Counted from the stretch's first letter, positions 6,990 through 14,497 are shown. The stretch: DNA of 24,000 nt from Promethearchaeota archaeon (GCA_019894715.1 JAGXOA010000248.1:1-24000), one strand, 5' to 3'. Numbers and translations: made by a program. The notes: generated by a model not told the origin, from the letters alone.

Positions 6990-7364
6990 TTATATCATTA
7001 ATTCTAATTTTAATATATACTCTTGAATTGAAATTCCGTGTAATAAGGCATTATGAAGTAATCTTATATTAATTTTTTCAAGATCCTCTTGATCATTTAT
7101 TATAATATTTTCTTTTAGAATATAATCAAGATCATCAATCAAAGAATATTTTTCATAAGAAAACATTCCAAAATATCCTCCATATTTAGCCAATATGGAT
7201 AATAATAATTCTTTATCATCTTTATCAAAAGTTTTTTCACATTCATAACAAAACGGAATAAATAGAATCTCAGAATTGTATATTTTTGAAGAATTCAGGA
7301 TTTCAGAATGACAAATTCCACATTTTAATGGAATACTATCAAATTTGATATCTAAAACTTTCAT
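6990..7364 (-). CDS. Small zinc-ribbon (CxxC...CxxC) protein with a helical C-terminal half, function unknown
   Basis: 124 aa. 'LKCGICHSE...(21 aa)...FCYECEKTF' gives four Cys in two CxxC pairs. It sits 106 nt downstream of ESCRT-III on the same strand. Confidence 0.65.
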   Translation of the reverse strand: MKVLDIKFDSIPLKCGICHSEILNSSKIYNSEILFIPFCYECEKTFDKDDKELLLSILAKYGGYFGMFSYEKYSLIDDLDYILKENIIINDQEDLEKINIRLLHNALLHGISIQEYILKLELMI

Positions 7365-7470
7365 ATAGAATAAAAGAGTTATTTATATTTAAAGAAAAAA
7401 TCAGAAAATAATATGAATTGAGCTAGATATTCGTTAAAAATAAATTGCTAAATTTTAAAAATAAATTATT

Positions 7471-8097
7471 TTAATCTTTAGATTTTAGCCTATTCAGTTC
7501 CTTTTCAAGTTCATCAATCTTCTCGTTTGATACAACACTAGGTAGTGCACCTGTCATTTCTACATTAATTTCAGCATCAATTTCCCCTAGTATATTATTT
7601 ACTTGACTGTCTGTAACTGCTGTATCTAAAGTAATTCCGTCAATACCTTCCGCAGTAATTTCAGAAGTAACTTCGAAGTCTTCTATATCCATATTGATAT
7701 TTGTCATCATTTCTGTAATTTGAGGGATCGAAAGTGTAGCTTTAAGGGTCGCAACTGATTGAGAAATATTTTTCATAATTCCTGCAACATCGCTAATAGC
7801 ACTTGCTTGTTCTAATTTAAATAATAGTCCTTCTAAATTAGTTCGAAAAGCATCAATAGATCGAGCCTGTTTTTTTACTTGTAAATAATTACGTGCATGG
7901 AATTTTGATCCATCCATATCTCCTTGTTGTCTTAGCCTAACTGCTTTATCTCTGGCTAGTTTTGAAGTCATTTCTAACTTTTTTGCTTGTCGTAACAATC
8001 TTTTGTTAAAAACCTTTAACTTTATTGTTGCAGAACGAATATTATCAGCTTTCTTGCCTCCAGATAACCAACCACTAATATCTTTTAAAAATCCTAT
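7471..8097 (-). CDS. ESCRT-III (Snf7/CHMP family; Vps2/24/46-like with C-terminal MIM1-like helix)
   Basis: The ORF track gives 7471..7998 from an internal TTG. The frame is open up to a TGA at 8106..8104 and encodes (M)GFLKDISGWLSGGKKADNIRSATIKLKVFNKRLLRQAKKLEMTSKLARDKAVRLRQQGDMDGSKFHARNYLQVKKQARSIDAFRTNLEGLLFKLEQA... This is the basic N-terminus plus alpha1-alpha2 hairpin typical of ESCRT-III, followed by an acidic C-terminal half ending 'IDELEKELNRLKSKD'. Start proposed at ATA 8097..8095 behind GGTGA, giving 208 aa. Confidence 0.9.
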   Translation of the reverse strand: MGFLKDISGWLSGGKKADNIRSATIKLKVFNKRLLRQAKKLEMTSKLARDKAVRLRQQGDMDGSKFHARNYLQVKKQARSIDAFRTNLEGLLFKLEQASAISDVAGIMKNISQSVATLKATLSIPQITEMMTNINMDIEDFEVTSEITAEGIDGITLDTAVTDSQVNNILGEIDAEINVEMTGALPSVVSNEKIDELEKELNRLKSKD

Positions 8098-8103
8098 AAG
8101 AGA

Positions 8104-8108
8104 TCACC
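8104..8108 (-). promoter_or_regulatory. Shine-Dalgarno GGTGA upstream of the ESCRT-III ATA start
   Basis: Minus strand reads ttttttaGGTGAtctcttATAggattttta. That is GGTG, then 7 nt, then ATA. The TGA within GGTGA is the in-frame upstream stop, so only TCT, CTT or ATA can precede the conserved N-terminus. Confidence 0.55.
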
Positions 8109-8681
8109 TAAAAAATTATTATTCTTTTTATAATATATATAAAATCTAATTATATAAAATTATTTTCGGAGTCCAATTTTCAAATTTCTCTATTGAAGAA
8201 AAAATTTGAAATAATGTTCAATATATATCAAAATAATAACTTCTATTTGGTGATTATTTTTCTTCATTTTTCATTTTCTCATAATTTTTAATGAAGACAT
8301 AGATATGTTTAATTTAGTGATTGCTTATAGAAAAAAAAGTGATAATGAAAAAACATTTCAATTGCATTTTCAAAAACCTTCCTGTTGAACTCCCTTTCAT
8401 TATCTTCAACACCCGTAGAAGTGTTCTGGTTGGATTAATGCAACTGTAATTTCTGGCAATAAAACTCTTTGGGATAGAGAACATAGTGGAAATCCTTCCA
8501 TAAGCTCAAGATCCAAAAAAAATTTAAAAATATAAATTTAAAAAAAGTGAAAAATTCTTGATTTTTATAACTGATTATATGTTTTTATAAATTTAGCAAA
8601 CAATTAAAATAATAATTTAGATTGTTATAATAATAAATAACAAAAATTTTCTAAAATAATAATTATTTAAGGTAAAGTGAA

Positions 8682-9896
8682 ATGTCCTCTGTAGATTCAA
8701 AATTATATCAGTTTGCTGTACAGGAAGCAAAAGAAGCTGTTGCATTAGATGCTAAAGGCCAGTTTAAACTAGCAATCGTAAAATATCAAAGAGCGGCAGA
8801 AAGTTTAATTCAGTTTATAAAATTTAGTAAAAATCATATTATGAACCAGAAATGTAAGGCTCAAATAGGAGAATATCTTGAACGTGCTAAGGCACTAAGA
8901 GATCATATTGGTGGATCTCGTTCAAAAAAGAGTACACAAAAGAAATCTGGCAGTAAACCATCCGATGATAAAAGGGAAGAAGAACCTGAAAATATTTCAA
9001 ACGAAGAGCAAGACTTATTCGATATGGTTTCTGGAACAATTATAACAGAATCACCTGAAATAAGATGGAAAGATATAGCTGGACTAAGTGATAGTAAACA
9101 ATTAATAAGAGAAGCAATAGTATTACCCATCTTAAAACCAGAATGGTTTACTGGAGTTGTTAAACCTTGGAAAGGAATACTCTTATTTGGTCCTCCTGGG
9201 TGTGGTAAAACACTATTAGGAAAGGCAGCTGCATCAGAAATTAAAGCTACTTTTTTTGGTACTTCTGCATCTGATTTATTAAGTAAATGGCTTGGAGAAA
9301 GTGAAAAATTAATTAGTTCTTTATTTAAATTAGCTAGAATAAAGGCTCCAAGCTTAATATTTATGGATGAAATTGATGCTATAGCAACAAGAAGAGGGGG
9401 ATCTGAAAGTGGGGGTGAAAGAAGGGTAAAAACACAATTATTAAGTGAAATTGAAGGTTTAAAAACATCTCATGTTAAACCATTATTAGTAATTGGAGCT
9501 ACTAATCATCCATGGGATTTAGATAATGCTATTCTTAGTAGATTCCAAAAACGAGTTTATGTACCACTACCAGATATGGAAGCTAGAACAGCAATATTTA
9601 AAATTCATACGAAAGGTGTAAATATGCAAATAGAAGATGATGATTTTGTAGAACTTGGAGTACGCTCAGAAGGATATTCTGGAAGAGATATTGCTAATAT
9701 TTGTCAAGAAGTTGTAATGCTTCCTATTCGGGAAATAGATATGAAAGGTATTTTAGAAGACCCAAATTTGGATATAAAGAGGAGAGATGTTAATATCAAT
9801 GATTTTAAAAAAACTCTTAAAAAATCTAAACCCGTATTGTACAAAGATGATCTGATGCAATATGATAAATGGGAAGAAAAATATGGCCAAACTTAA
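8682..9896 (+). CDS. vps4: Vps4 / CdvC-type AAA+ ATPase (N-terminal MIT domain, AAA domain, Vps4 C-terminal helix)
   Basis: 404 aa. The N-terminal three-helix MIT-like region is 'LYQFAVQEAKEAVALDAKGQFKLAIVKYQRAAESLIQFIK..IGEYLERAKALRDHI'. Walker A is 'GPPGCGKT' and Walker B is 'SLIFMDEIDA', followed by 'GATNHPWDLDNAILSRF' and a C-terminal 'YDKWEEKYG'. Confidence 0.95.
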   Translation: MSSVDSKLYQFAVQEAKEAVALDAKGQFKLAIVKYQRAAESLIQFIKFSKNHIMNQKCKAQIGEYLERAKALRDHIGGSRSKKSTQKKSGSKPSDDKREEEPENISNEEQDLFDMVSGTIITESPEIRWKDIAGLSDSKQLIREAIVLPILKPEWFTGVVKPWKGILLFGPPGCGKTLLGKAAASEIKATFFGTSASDLLSKWLGESEKLISSLFKLARIKAPSLIFMDEIDAIATRRGGSESGGERRVKTQLLSEIEGLKTSHVKPLLVIGATNHPWDLDNAILSRFQKRVYVPLPDMEARTAIFKIHTKGVNMQIEDDDFVELGVRSEGYSGRDIANICQEVVMLPIREIDMKGILEDPNLDIKRRDVNINDFKKTLKKSKPVLYKDDLMQYDKWEEKYGQT

Positions 9897-9921
9897 TTAA
9901 TCTAATACTTGTTGCATAAAA

Positions 9922-10869
9922 ATGGAAAAACAAAGAGAAAGAGCAAAAGAAGTCTCGAAAGAGATTAAGCAAAAGACAGATAAAGAATTAGATAGGCTCA
10001 GAAATGAGCTTGAAAGATTAAAAAAGCTTAAAGAGCAAAAGCTAAAAGAAGAAGAAGAACCAAGAAAGAAAGAATCAGAAGAAGAAAAAATTGTATTTAT
10101 TCCTCAAGAAGATAGTGGAACTATGGAAGAAATTACTCCTGATCTCAACATAGAAACTACAGGAATCGAAAAAATTGAGGAAAAACTGAGTGAAATGGAT
10201 GAATTTCTAAGTAAAGAATTAGAACGAATTGATCATAAAACCTATGAAAAAAATGCAGAATATATTGAATCCCAACTAATTGAATTAGAAAAAGAGATTG
10301 TTGGAGAGACTGGACTTATTAAAGAAGAATTAAGTCCATATGAAAAATTATTGGAAAATCATCCGTGGCTTGAGGAACCTAGATATGAATATATGTACCA
10401 TATCCCAAATAAAACTAAAAATCCCAATGATTTTGAATCTTGGCAAGATGAATGGGGAAAAGTATTATTTGACTATGCAAGATATGCAATTTTACATATT
10501 CTCTACTTAACAAAATTATATAGTGAAGATCCTTTCTCTAAATTTAAGAATCGCAAAAAAGCTATAAAAGAAATTGCAGATAAATTGGTTGTTGATGAAT
10601 TAGGAGAATGGTTATCAAAAAAACAAGATAAGATTCGAATTTATTGGAAAACTTTAGATATTTGGGCAGAAGAGATATATGATTGGGTTTATGAAATGGG
10701 TAAACTTGATCCAATACTTATTTATGAAATTAGAGATGCAAATCAAGAATTTAGTTCTCTTCCTAAAGAAGAAATAGAAAAAATATTTAATCTACTCAAT
10801 AAAGATGGGAAAGGAAAGATTATCAAAACAACTGATGGTCATATTGCTTTTAAAATAAAAATTGAATAG
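9922..10869 (+). CDS. Vps25-like ESCRT-II subunit (tandem winged helix) with a ~150-aa charged coiled-coil N-terminal extension
   Basis: 315 aa, starting 26 nt after the vps4 stop. The C-terminal ~165 aa read 'FESWQDEWGKVLFDYARYAILHILYL..DPFSKFKNRKKAIKEIADKLVVDELGEWLSKKQDKIRIYWKTLDIWAEEIYDWVYEMGKLDPILIYEIRD..EFSSLPKEEIEKIFNLLNKDGKGKIIKTTDGHIAFKIK'. This follows the Vps25/EAP20 pattern as I recall it (W..li..Y; F.N..i.R.l; aEW; iyW+s..eWa..Iy.wv; yEl; L..L.k.GKa; g.KF). The N-terminus 'MEKQRERAKEVSKEIKQKTDKELDRLRNELERLKKLKEQKLKEEEE..' is K/E-rich heptad-like sequence. Confidence 0.75.
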   Translation: MEKQRERAKEVSKEIKQKTDKELDRLRNELERLKKLKEQKLKEEEEPRKKESEEEKIVFIPQEDSGTMEEITPDLNIETTGIEKIEEKLSEMDEFLSKELERIDHKTYEKNAEYIESQLIELEKEIVGETGLIKEELSPYEKLLENHPWLEEPRYEYMYHIPNKTKNPNDFESWQDEWGKVLFDYARYAILHILYLTKLYSEDPFSKFKNRKKAIKEIADKLVVDELGEWLSKKQDKIRIYWKTLDIWAEEIYDWVYEMGKLDPILIYEIRDANQEFSSLPKEEIEKIFNLLNKDGKGKIIKTTDGHIAFKIKIE

Positions 10870-10882
10870 TTTATTAAAATTT

Positions 10883-11608
10883 TTATAATGATGGGAAAAA
10901 CCATTGCTTTCCTTTCAATATAGATTCTCTAAATTTTGCGAGTCCACTATCTTCTAATGACTTTAATGCCCTAAGAGACCTATCCTGGGTCCAATTTAGA
11001 TCATTTATAATATCTTCTAATAAAATAACACCTTTACCTTTATCTTTTACTATTTCAATTACTTTCACCTGATCAGCAGTGTATTGGATAGGAAAAAACT
11101 GAACCATGATGGCTCCTGAATCTAGTTTTTTAACATCCTCTATTACACCTTTTTTTTCGAGAAGATTCATGGCCTTTACCACATCACTGAGATCTACTCT
11201 ACCTTTTAAATCTCCTGTATTCACAATATCAAAGATCTCTGATAATGGCAATAAACCTACACCTATTTCCTCTTTTCTAAGGAGTATGCGCTGATATGCT
11301 AACATACCTAAATTATTTAAATTCATTTTATTTAATTTCTTACCTAAAACATCAATTTCCTTTATTTGTTCTTTAATTATTTTTGAAGAAGGGATATTAT
11401 ATTTTTTTTGTAAATATTCAACTTCTTCTTTTAAATCTGGATTTAAAGCTAAAATAACACCATGATTTTTTGCCATTTCATCAATCTTATCCTTTGTTAG
11501 ATTCTTCACTGAAGCTTTTGCTTCCATTTCTTTAAATTTTAATTCTGTACCTTTTTTTCTCATGGCTTCTCTAAGATCTATCTCATTTTCAATCTTTCTT
11601 ATACCCAT
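10883..11608 (-). CDS. EAP30-domain ESCRT-II subunit (Vps22/Vps36-like)
   Basis: The ORF track starts at TTG 11623. I prefer ATG 11608 (MGIRKIENE...), which has GGTG 9 nt upstream. The C-terminal two winged helices read 'GVGLLPLSEIFDIVNTGDLKGRVDLSDVVKAMNLLEKKGVIEDVKKLDSGAIMVQF..ADQVKVIEIVKDKGKGVILLEDIINDLNWTQDRSLRALKSLEDSGLAKFRES..KGKQWFFPSL', matching the EAP30 pattern that ends in 'yWFPsl'. Confidence 0.8.
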   Translation of the reverse strand: MGIRKIENEIDLREAMRKKGTELKFKEMEAKASVKNLTKDKIDEMAKNHGVILALNPDLKEEVEYLQKKYNIPSSKIIKEQIKEIDVLGKKLNKMNLNNLGMLAYQRILLRKEEIGVGLLPLSEIFDIVNTGDLKGRVDLSDVVKAMNLLEKKGVIEDVKKLDSGAIMVQFFPIQYTADQVKVIEIVKDKGKGVILLEDIINDLNWTQDRSLRALKSLEDSGLAKFRESILKGKQWFFPSL

Positions 11609-11686
11609 AGTAAATAACACCAATTTTTAATTATAGTAGTAATTAAATAATAATAAAATAGATATATTTATTTATCTAATCTGAAA

Positions 11687-12259
11687 ATGGTACTCTTAAC
11701 TGACTTTAGGCTGTTAAATAATATTGAAAGAAAAATTATTAAAAAAACATTCTTAAAAATCTCAAAAGAACTCATTTCTTTTTTAGATATAAACTTAGAT
11801 TATTTATATATTTTAATTGATAAGAATAATAAATTAAAACCTTTTCCTGAAATATATTACTATCATAATCTATCAAAATATATAATTGAACAATTTAAAT
11901 CTAATATTTACTATGCTGGTATTTATTTTGGTTTTATTAAAAGAGGAGATTTCTATCTGAGCCTTGAATGCATTGAATTTATTGACAATAAAAAATTAGT
12001 TCCAAAAAAAATAAAAATAAAGGTTAACGAAAAAGCTGAAAAATCTATTTTATATGGAAATAATATCAAAAAAAAGATGATATCATCATTATCAGACCAT
12101 ATTGAAAAAGACAATTATATTATTATCTATAACAAATTTAATGAATTAATTGCTTTAGGCTATTTAATAATAAATACTAATGAGATTAAAGACCTTCAAG
12201 ATAATAGGGATATTGCTCTAAATCTAATTGATAAAGGTTATTTTCTAAGAAATCAGTAG
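11687..12259 (+). CDS. NIP7-like protein (N-terminal alpha/beta domain + C-terminal PUA domain), ribosome large-subunit biogenesis factor homologue
   Basis: 190 aa. 'FRLLNNIERKIIKKTFLKISKELISFL...YAGIYFGFIKRGDFYLSLECIEFI..KIKVNEKAEKSILYGNNIKKKMISSLSDHIEKDNYIIIYNKFNELIALGYLI..DIALNLIDKGYFLRNQ' parallels yeast Nip7 from memory (R.LTeeE.k.vf.kl; lG.clGkFtK.gkF.L.i..L; v.v...ge..FLYGn.v.k..v......i.....vvv......PLGfG; D.GeYLR). Confidence 0.7.
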   Translation: MVLLTDFRLLNNIERKIIKKTFLKISKELISFLDINLDYLYILIDKNNKLKPFPEIYYYHNLSKYIIEQFKSNIYYAGIYFGFIKRGDFYLSLECIEFIDNKKLVPKKIKIKVNEKAEKSILYGNNIKKKMISSLSDHIEKDNYIIIYNKFNELIALGYLIINTNEIKDLQDNRDIALNLIDKGYFLRNQ

Positions 12260-12266
12260 TATATAT

Positions 12267-12782
12267 TCAAGCCTTTTCTAATGTTTCTTTAAGACGATTA
12301 AGATTTGAGATATACTCTTCACGATATTCCCAATTAGTTCGTAATTCTGATGAAATAATTTCTCTATCAAGAGCTAACTTTATTATTGGTTTTGCCTCCT
12401 TTTCAATAAGGCCTTCATCAACTAACTGCCCAAATCCTGTAGCAATAATAGATATATCTAAAATAAAAATATATTGTTCATCATCAAAATCTTCATCATA
12501 TATTTGTGAACTCAATAGATGAATATCCAATAAGTTGTCATTATAATCCTCAAAATTCATATCGCCTACATCTTCTATTACCCAAATTAGAAAATCTATT
12601 ATGAATTTATCTAGATTCTCACGTCTCCATTCTCTATATTCTGCTAATGCAGTATCTCCTTCATCACTTCCAAAAGGTGATAGTTCATCAACACAATTCC
12701 AAAAGAAATCATCTGGAATCAATTCTATCGCTCTAGGATGAGCAAATTCTTTTCTAATTCCATATCTTTCTTCATCATCCAT
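12267..12782 (-). CDS. Acidic cytoplasmic protein, function unknown
   Basis: 171-aa ORF, strongly D/E-rich, with a conserved-looking 'IPDDFFWNCVDELSPFGSDEGDTALAEYREWRREN' N-terminal segment. I cannot assign a family. Confidence 0.7.
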   Translation of the reverse strand: MDDEERYGIRKEFAHPRAIELIPDDFFWNCVDELSPFGSDEGDTALAEYREWRRENLDKFIIDFLIWVIEDVGDMNFEDYNDNLLDIHLLSSQIYDEDFDDEQYIFILDISIIATGFGQLVDEGLIEKEAKPIIKLALDREIISSELRTNWEYREEYISNLNRLKETLEKA

Positions 12783-12827
12783 AATTAAACAACATTAGAT
12801 TGATTTTTATGCTTATTATTAATTAAA

Positions 12828-13742
12828 TTAAAAATTTTTACCTTTTTTTTTTATTAGACATATAAAAAAACCAATTGTATCATGAATATGTGGAAAAAAT
12901 CGTTGAGAAAATTTTAAATCATTTTTTAATTGCTTTCCTAATACTTCAGTAAATCCAGACACCCCATATTGATTCTCTATTTTAATAACTTTTAAATTGT
13001 TTGTCTTTTTCAAAATGTTATTAATAACCATTTCATTTTCCTCAGGAGCAATGGAACAAGTACTATATAATAATAATCCCTCATTTTTCAACAATTTTAT
13101 CCCAGATAGCAATAATTCTTCTTGAATTTTAGCCATTTTTTTTATATCTACAAGAGTTTTATTATTTTTCCTTTTTGGATCATCTCTTATTAATCCTTCT
13201 CCTGTACATGGTGCATCTAACAATATTTTATCAAATTTTAAATCAAGATCTTGTAAATTCCTCGCATCCTCATTTATGACTATTGCATTATGAATTCCCA
13301 TTCTCCGTAAATTAAAGACTAAAGCTGGAATTCTTTTTTTATTTCTCTCTATCAAAATTAATTTTCCTTTATTCTTCATAATTTGTGCTAAGTGTGTTGA
13401 TTTTCCTCCTGGTGAAGCACACATATCTAATACAAGCTCATTTAGATTAGGATTAAGTATATATGGTGGGAGCATAGATACCTTATTTTGAATATAGAAG
13501 TAACCTTGTAGATATTCATGAAGTGAACCTAAATTTAGTGATTCTTTTTTGACACCAAAACCATAAGGTATCCAATCTATCCTTTCTAAACTAAATTTTA
13601 ATTCTAAAAATCTTGATTTTAGCTCTTCGGGTGTAATTTTTAAAGTATTAACTCTAATAGATGGGTTTGATTTTATTTCATTAGCTTTTAATAACTTCTC
13701 TGTATCATCAATTCCAAAGAAATTAAGATATCTTCTAATCAT
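12828..13742 (-). CDS. NOL1/NOP2/Sun-family RNA cytosine-C5 methyltransferase (Nop2/NSUN/RsmB-F-like)
   Basis: 304 aa. Contains 'IRVNTLK', the SAM motif 'VLDMCASPGGKSTHLAQ', 'ILLDAPCTGEG' (motif IV Cys), 'LLYSTCSIAPEENE' (motif VI Cys) and 'GFFICLIKK'. The frame stays open 40 codons upstream of the ATG (see findings). Confidence 0.92.
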   Translation of the reverse strand: MIRRYLNFFGIDDTEKLLKANEIKSNPSIRVNTLKITPEELKSRFLELKFSLERIDWIPYGFGVKKESLNLGSLHEYLQGYFYIQNKVSMLPPYILNPNLNELVLDMCASPGGKSTHLAQIMKNKGKLILIERNKKRIPALVFNLRRMGIHNAIVINEDARNLQDLDLKFDKILLDAPCTGEGLIRDDPKRKNNKTLVDIKKMAKIQEELLLSGIKLLKNEGLLLYSTCSIAPEENEMVINNILKKTNNLKVIKIENQYGVSGFTEVLGKQLKNDLKFSQRFFPHIHDTIGFFICLIKKKGKNF

Positions 13743-13897
13743 GTAATTGGAATATCCATATTTTTTAGCAAGTTCATCTGCTATATTAAGATTATTTATA
13801 ATATTAAACCAACCCAGAATTTTTGATATTACAAAATTATTATTTAAAATAAATATTATTTATTCTTAATTAAATATTAAATAAAGAATTGATATTT

Positions 13898-14497
13898 ATG
13901 ATTGAAGTTGAAATTAAAATACCTCTTCCAAATCCAGAATTTATCAAAGAAGAGTTAAAAAAAATGAATGGGCAATATATATGCTCCCTTATACATGAAG
14001 ATACTTATTATAATATGCCTGAAAAGCTAAGAGATTTTAAAGAAACAGATGAAGCTTTAAGGATAAGAAAATCCATAAAATTTAATAAACATCATAAAGA
14101 AGAATCTCAAATATCTAACACGTTTCTTACTTATAAAGGTAAGAAAATTGATATAGAAACAAAAACAAGGAAAGAATTAGAAACAAAAGTAGAAGATGGA
14201 GAAAAACTTAGAGAATTACTTAATATTTTAGGTTTTAGAGAAGTATTAACTGTTAAAAAAGAGAGAGAATTGTTTAAACTAACTTATAAAGATTATGATA
14301 TTGAGATTCTATTGGATTATATCCCAGTACTACAGAAATATTTCCTTGAAGTGGAATATATAAGCCCCAATGAAGAAAAAATAGATATGATTAAAGCTCT
14401 CTTGTTTGAATTTTTAGGAACTTTAAATATAACAAAAGCAGATTCTATAAGAAAATCTTATCTCGAATTAATCATAGAATCATTCTCTAATTCATAA
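13898..14497 (+). CDS. CYTH-domain protein (class IV adenylate cyclase CyaB / triphosphatase-like)
   Basis: The track ORF starts at TTG 13889. I prefer ATG 13898, giving 'MIEVEIKIPL' with the N-terminal ExExK signature. Further matches are 'EALRIRK', 'TYKGKK', 'TRKELE' and 'LEVEYI'. Confidence 0.85.
   Translation: MIEVEIKIPLPNPEFIKEELKKMNGQYICSLIHEDTYYNMPEKLRDFKETDEALRIRKSIKFNKHHKEESQISNTFLTYKGKKIDIETKTRKELETKVEDGEKLRELLNILGFREVLTVKKERELFKLTYKDYDIEILLDYIPVLQKYFLEVEYISPNEEKIDMIKALLFEFLGTLNITKADSIRKSYLELIIESFSNS

Noticed and set aside
7996-7998. TTG start given by the ORF track for ESCRT-III
   Set aside because: It would remove 33 in-frame residues forming the conserved basic N-terminus and first half of helix alpha1, and it has no SD. 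An upstream GGTGA + ATA fits better.
8151-8158. TTTATATA (minus strand) as the ESCRT-III TATA box, ~54 nt upstream of the proposed start
   Set aside because: It is plausible by position, but TATA-like strings occur every few tens of nt in these intergenic regions. It cannot be distinguished from background without TSS data.
8903-11294. ORFs 8903..9130 (-) and 11106..11294 (+)
   Set aside because: They are antisense shadows within vps4 and the EAP30 gene respectively.
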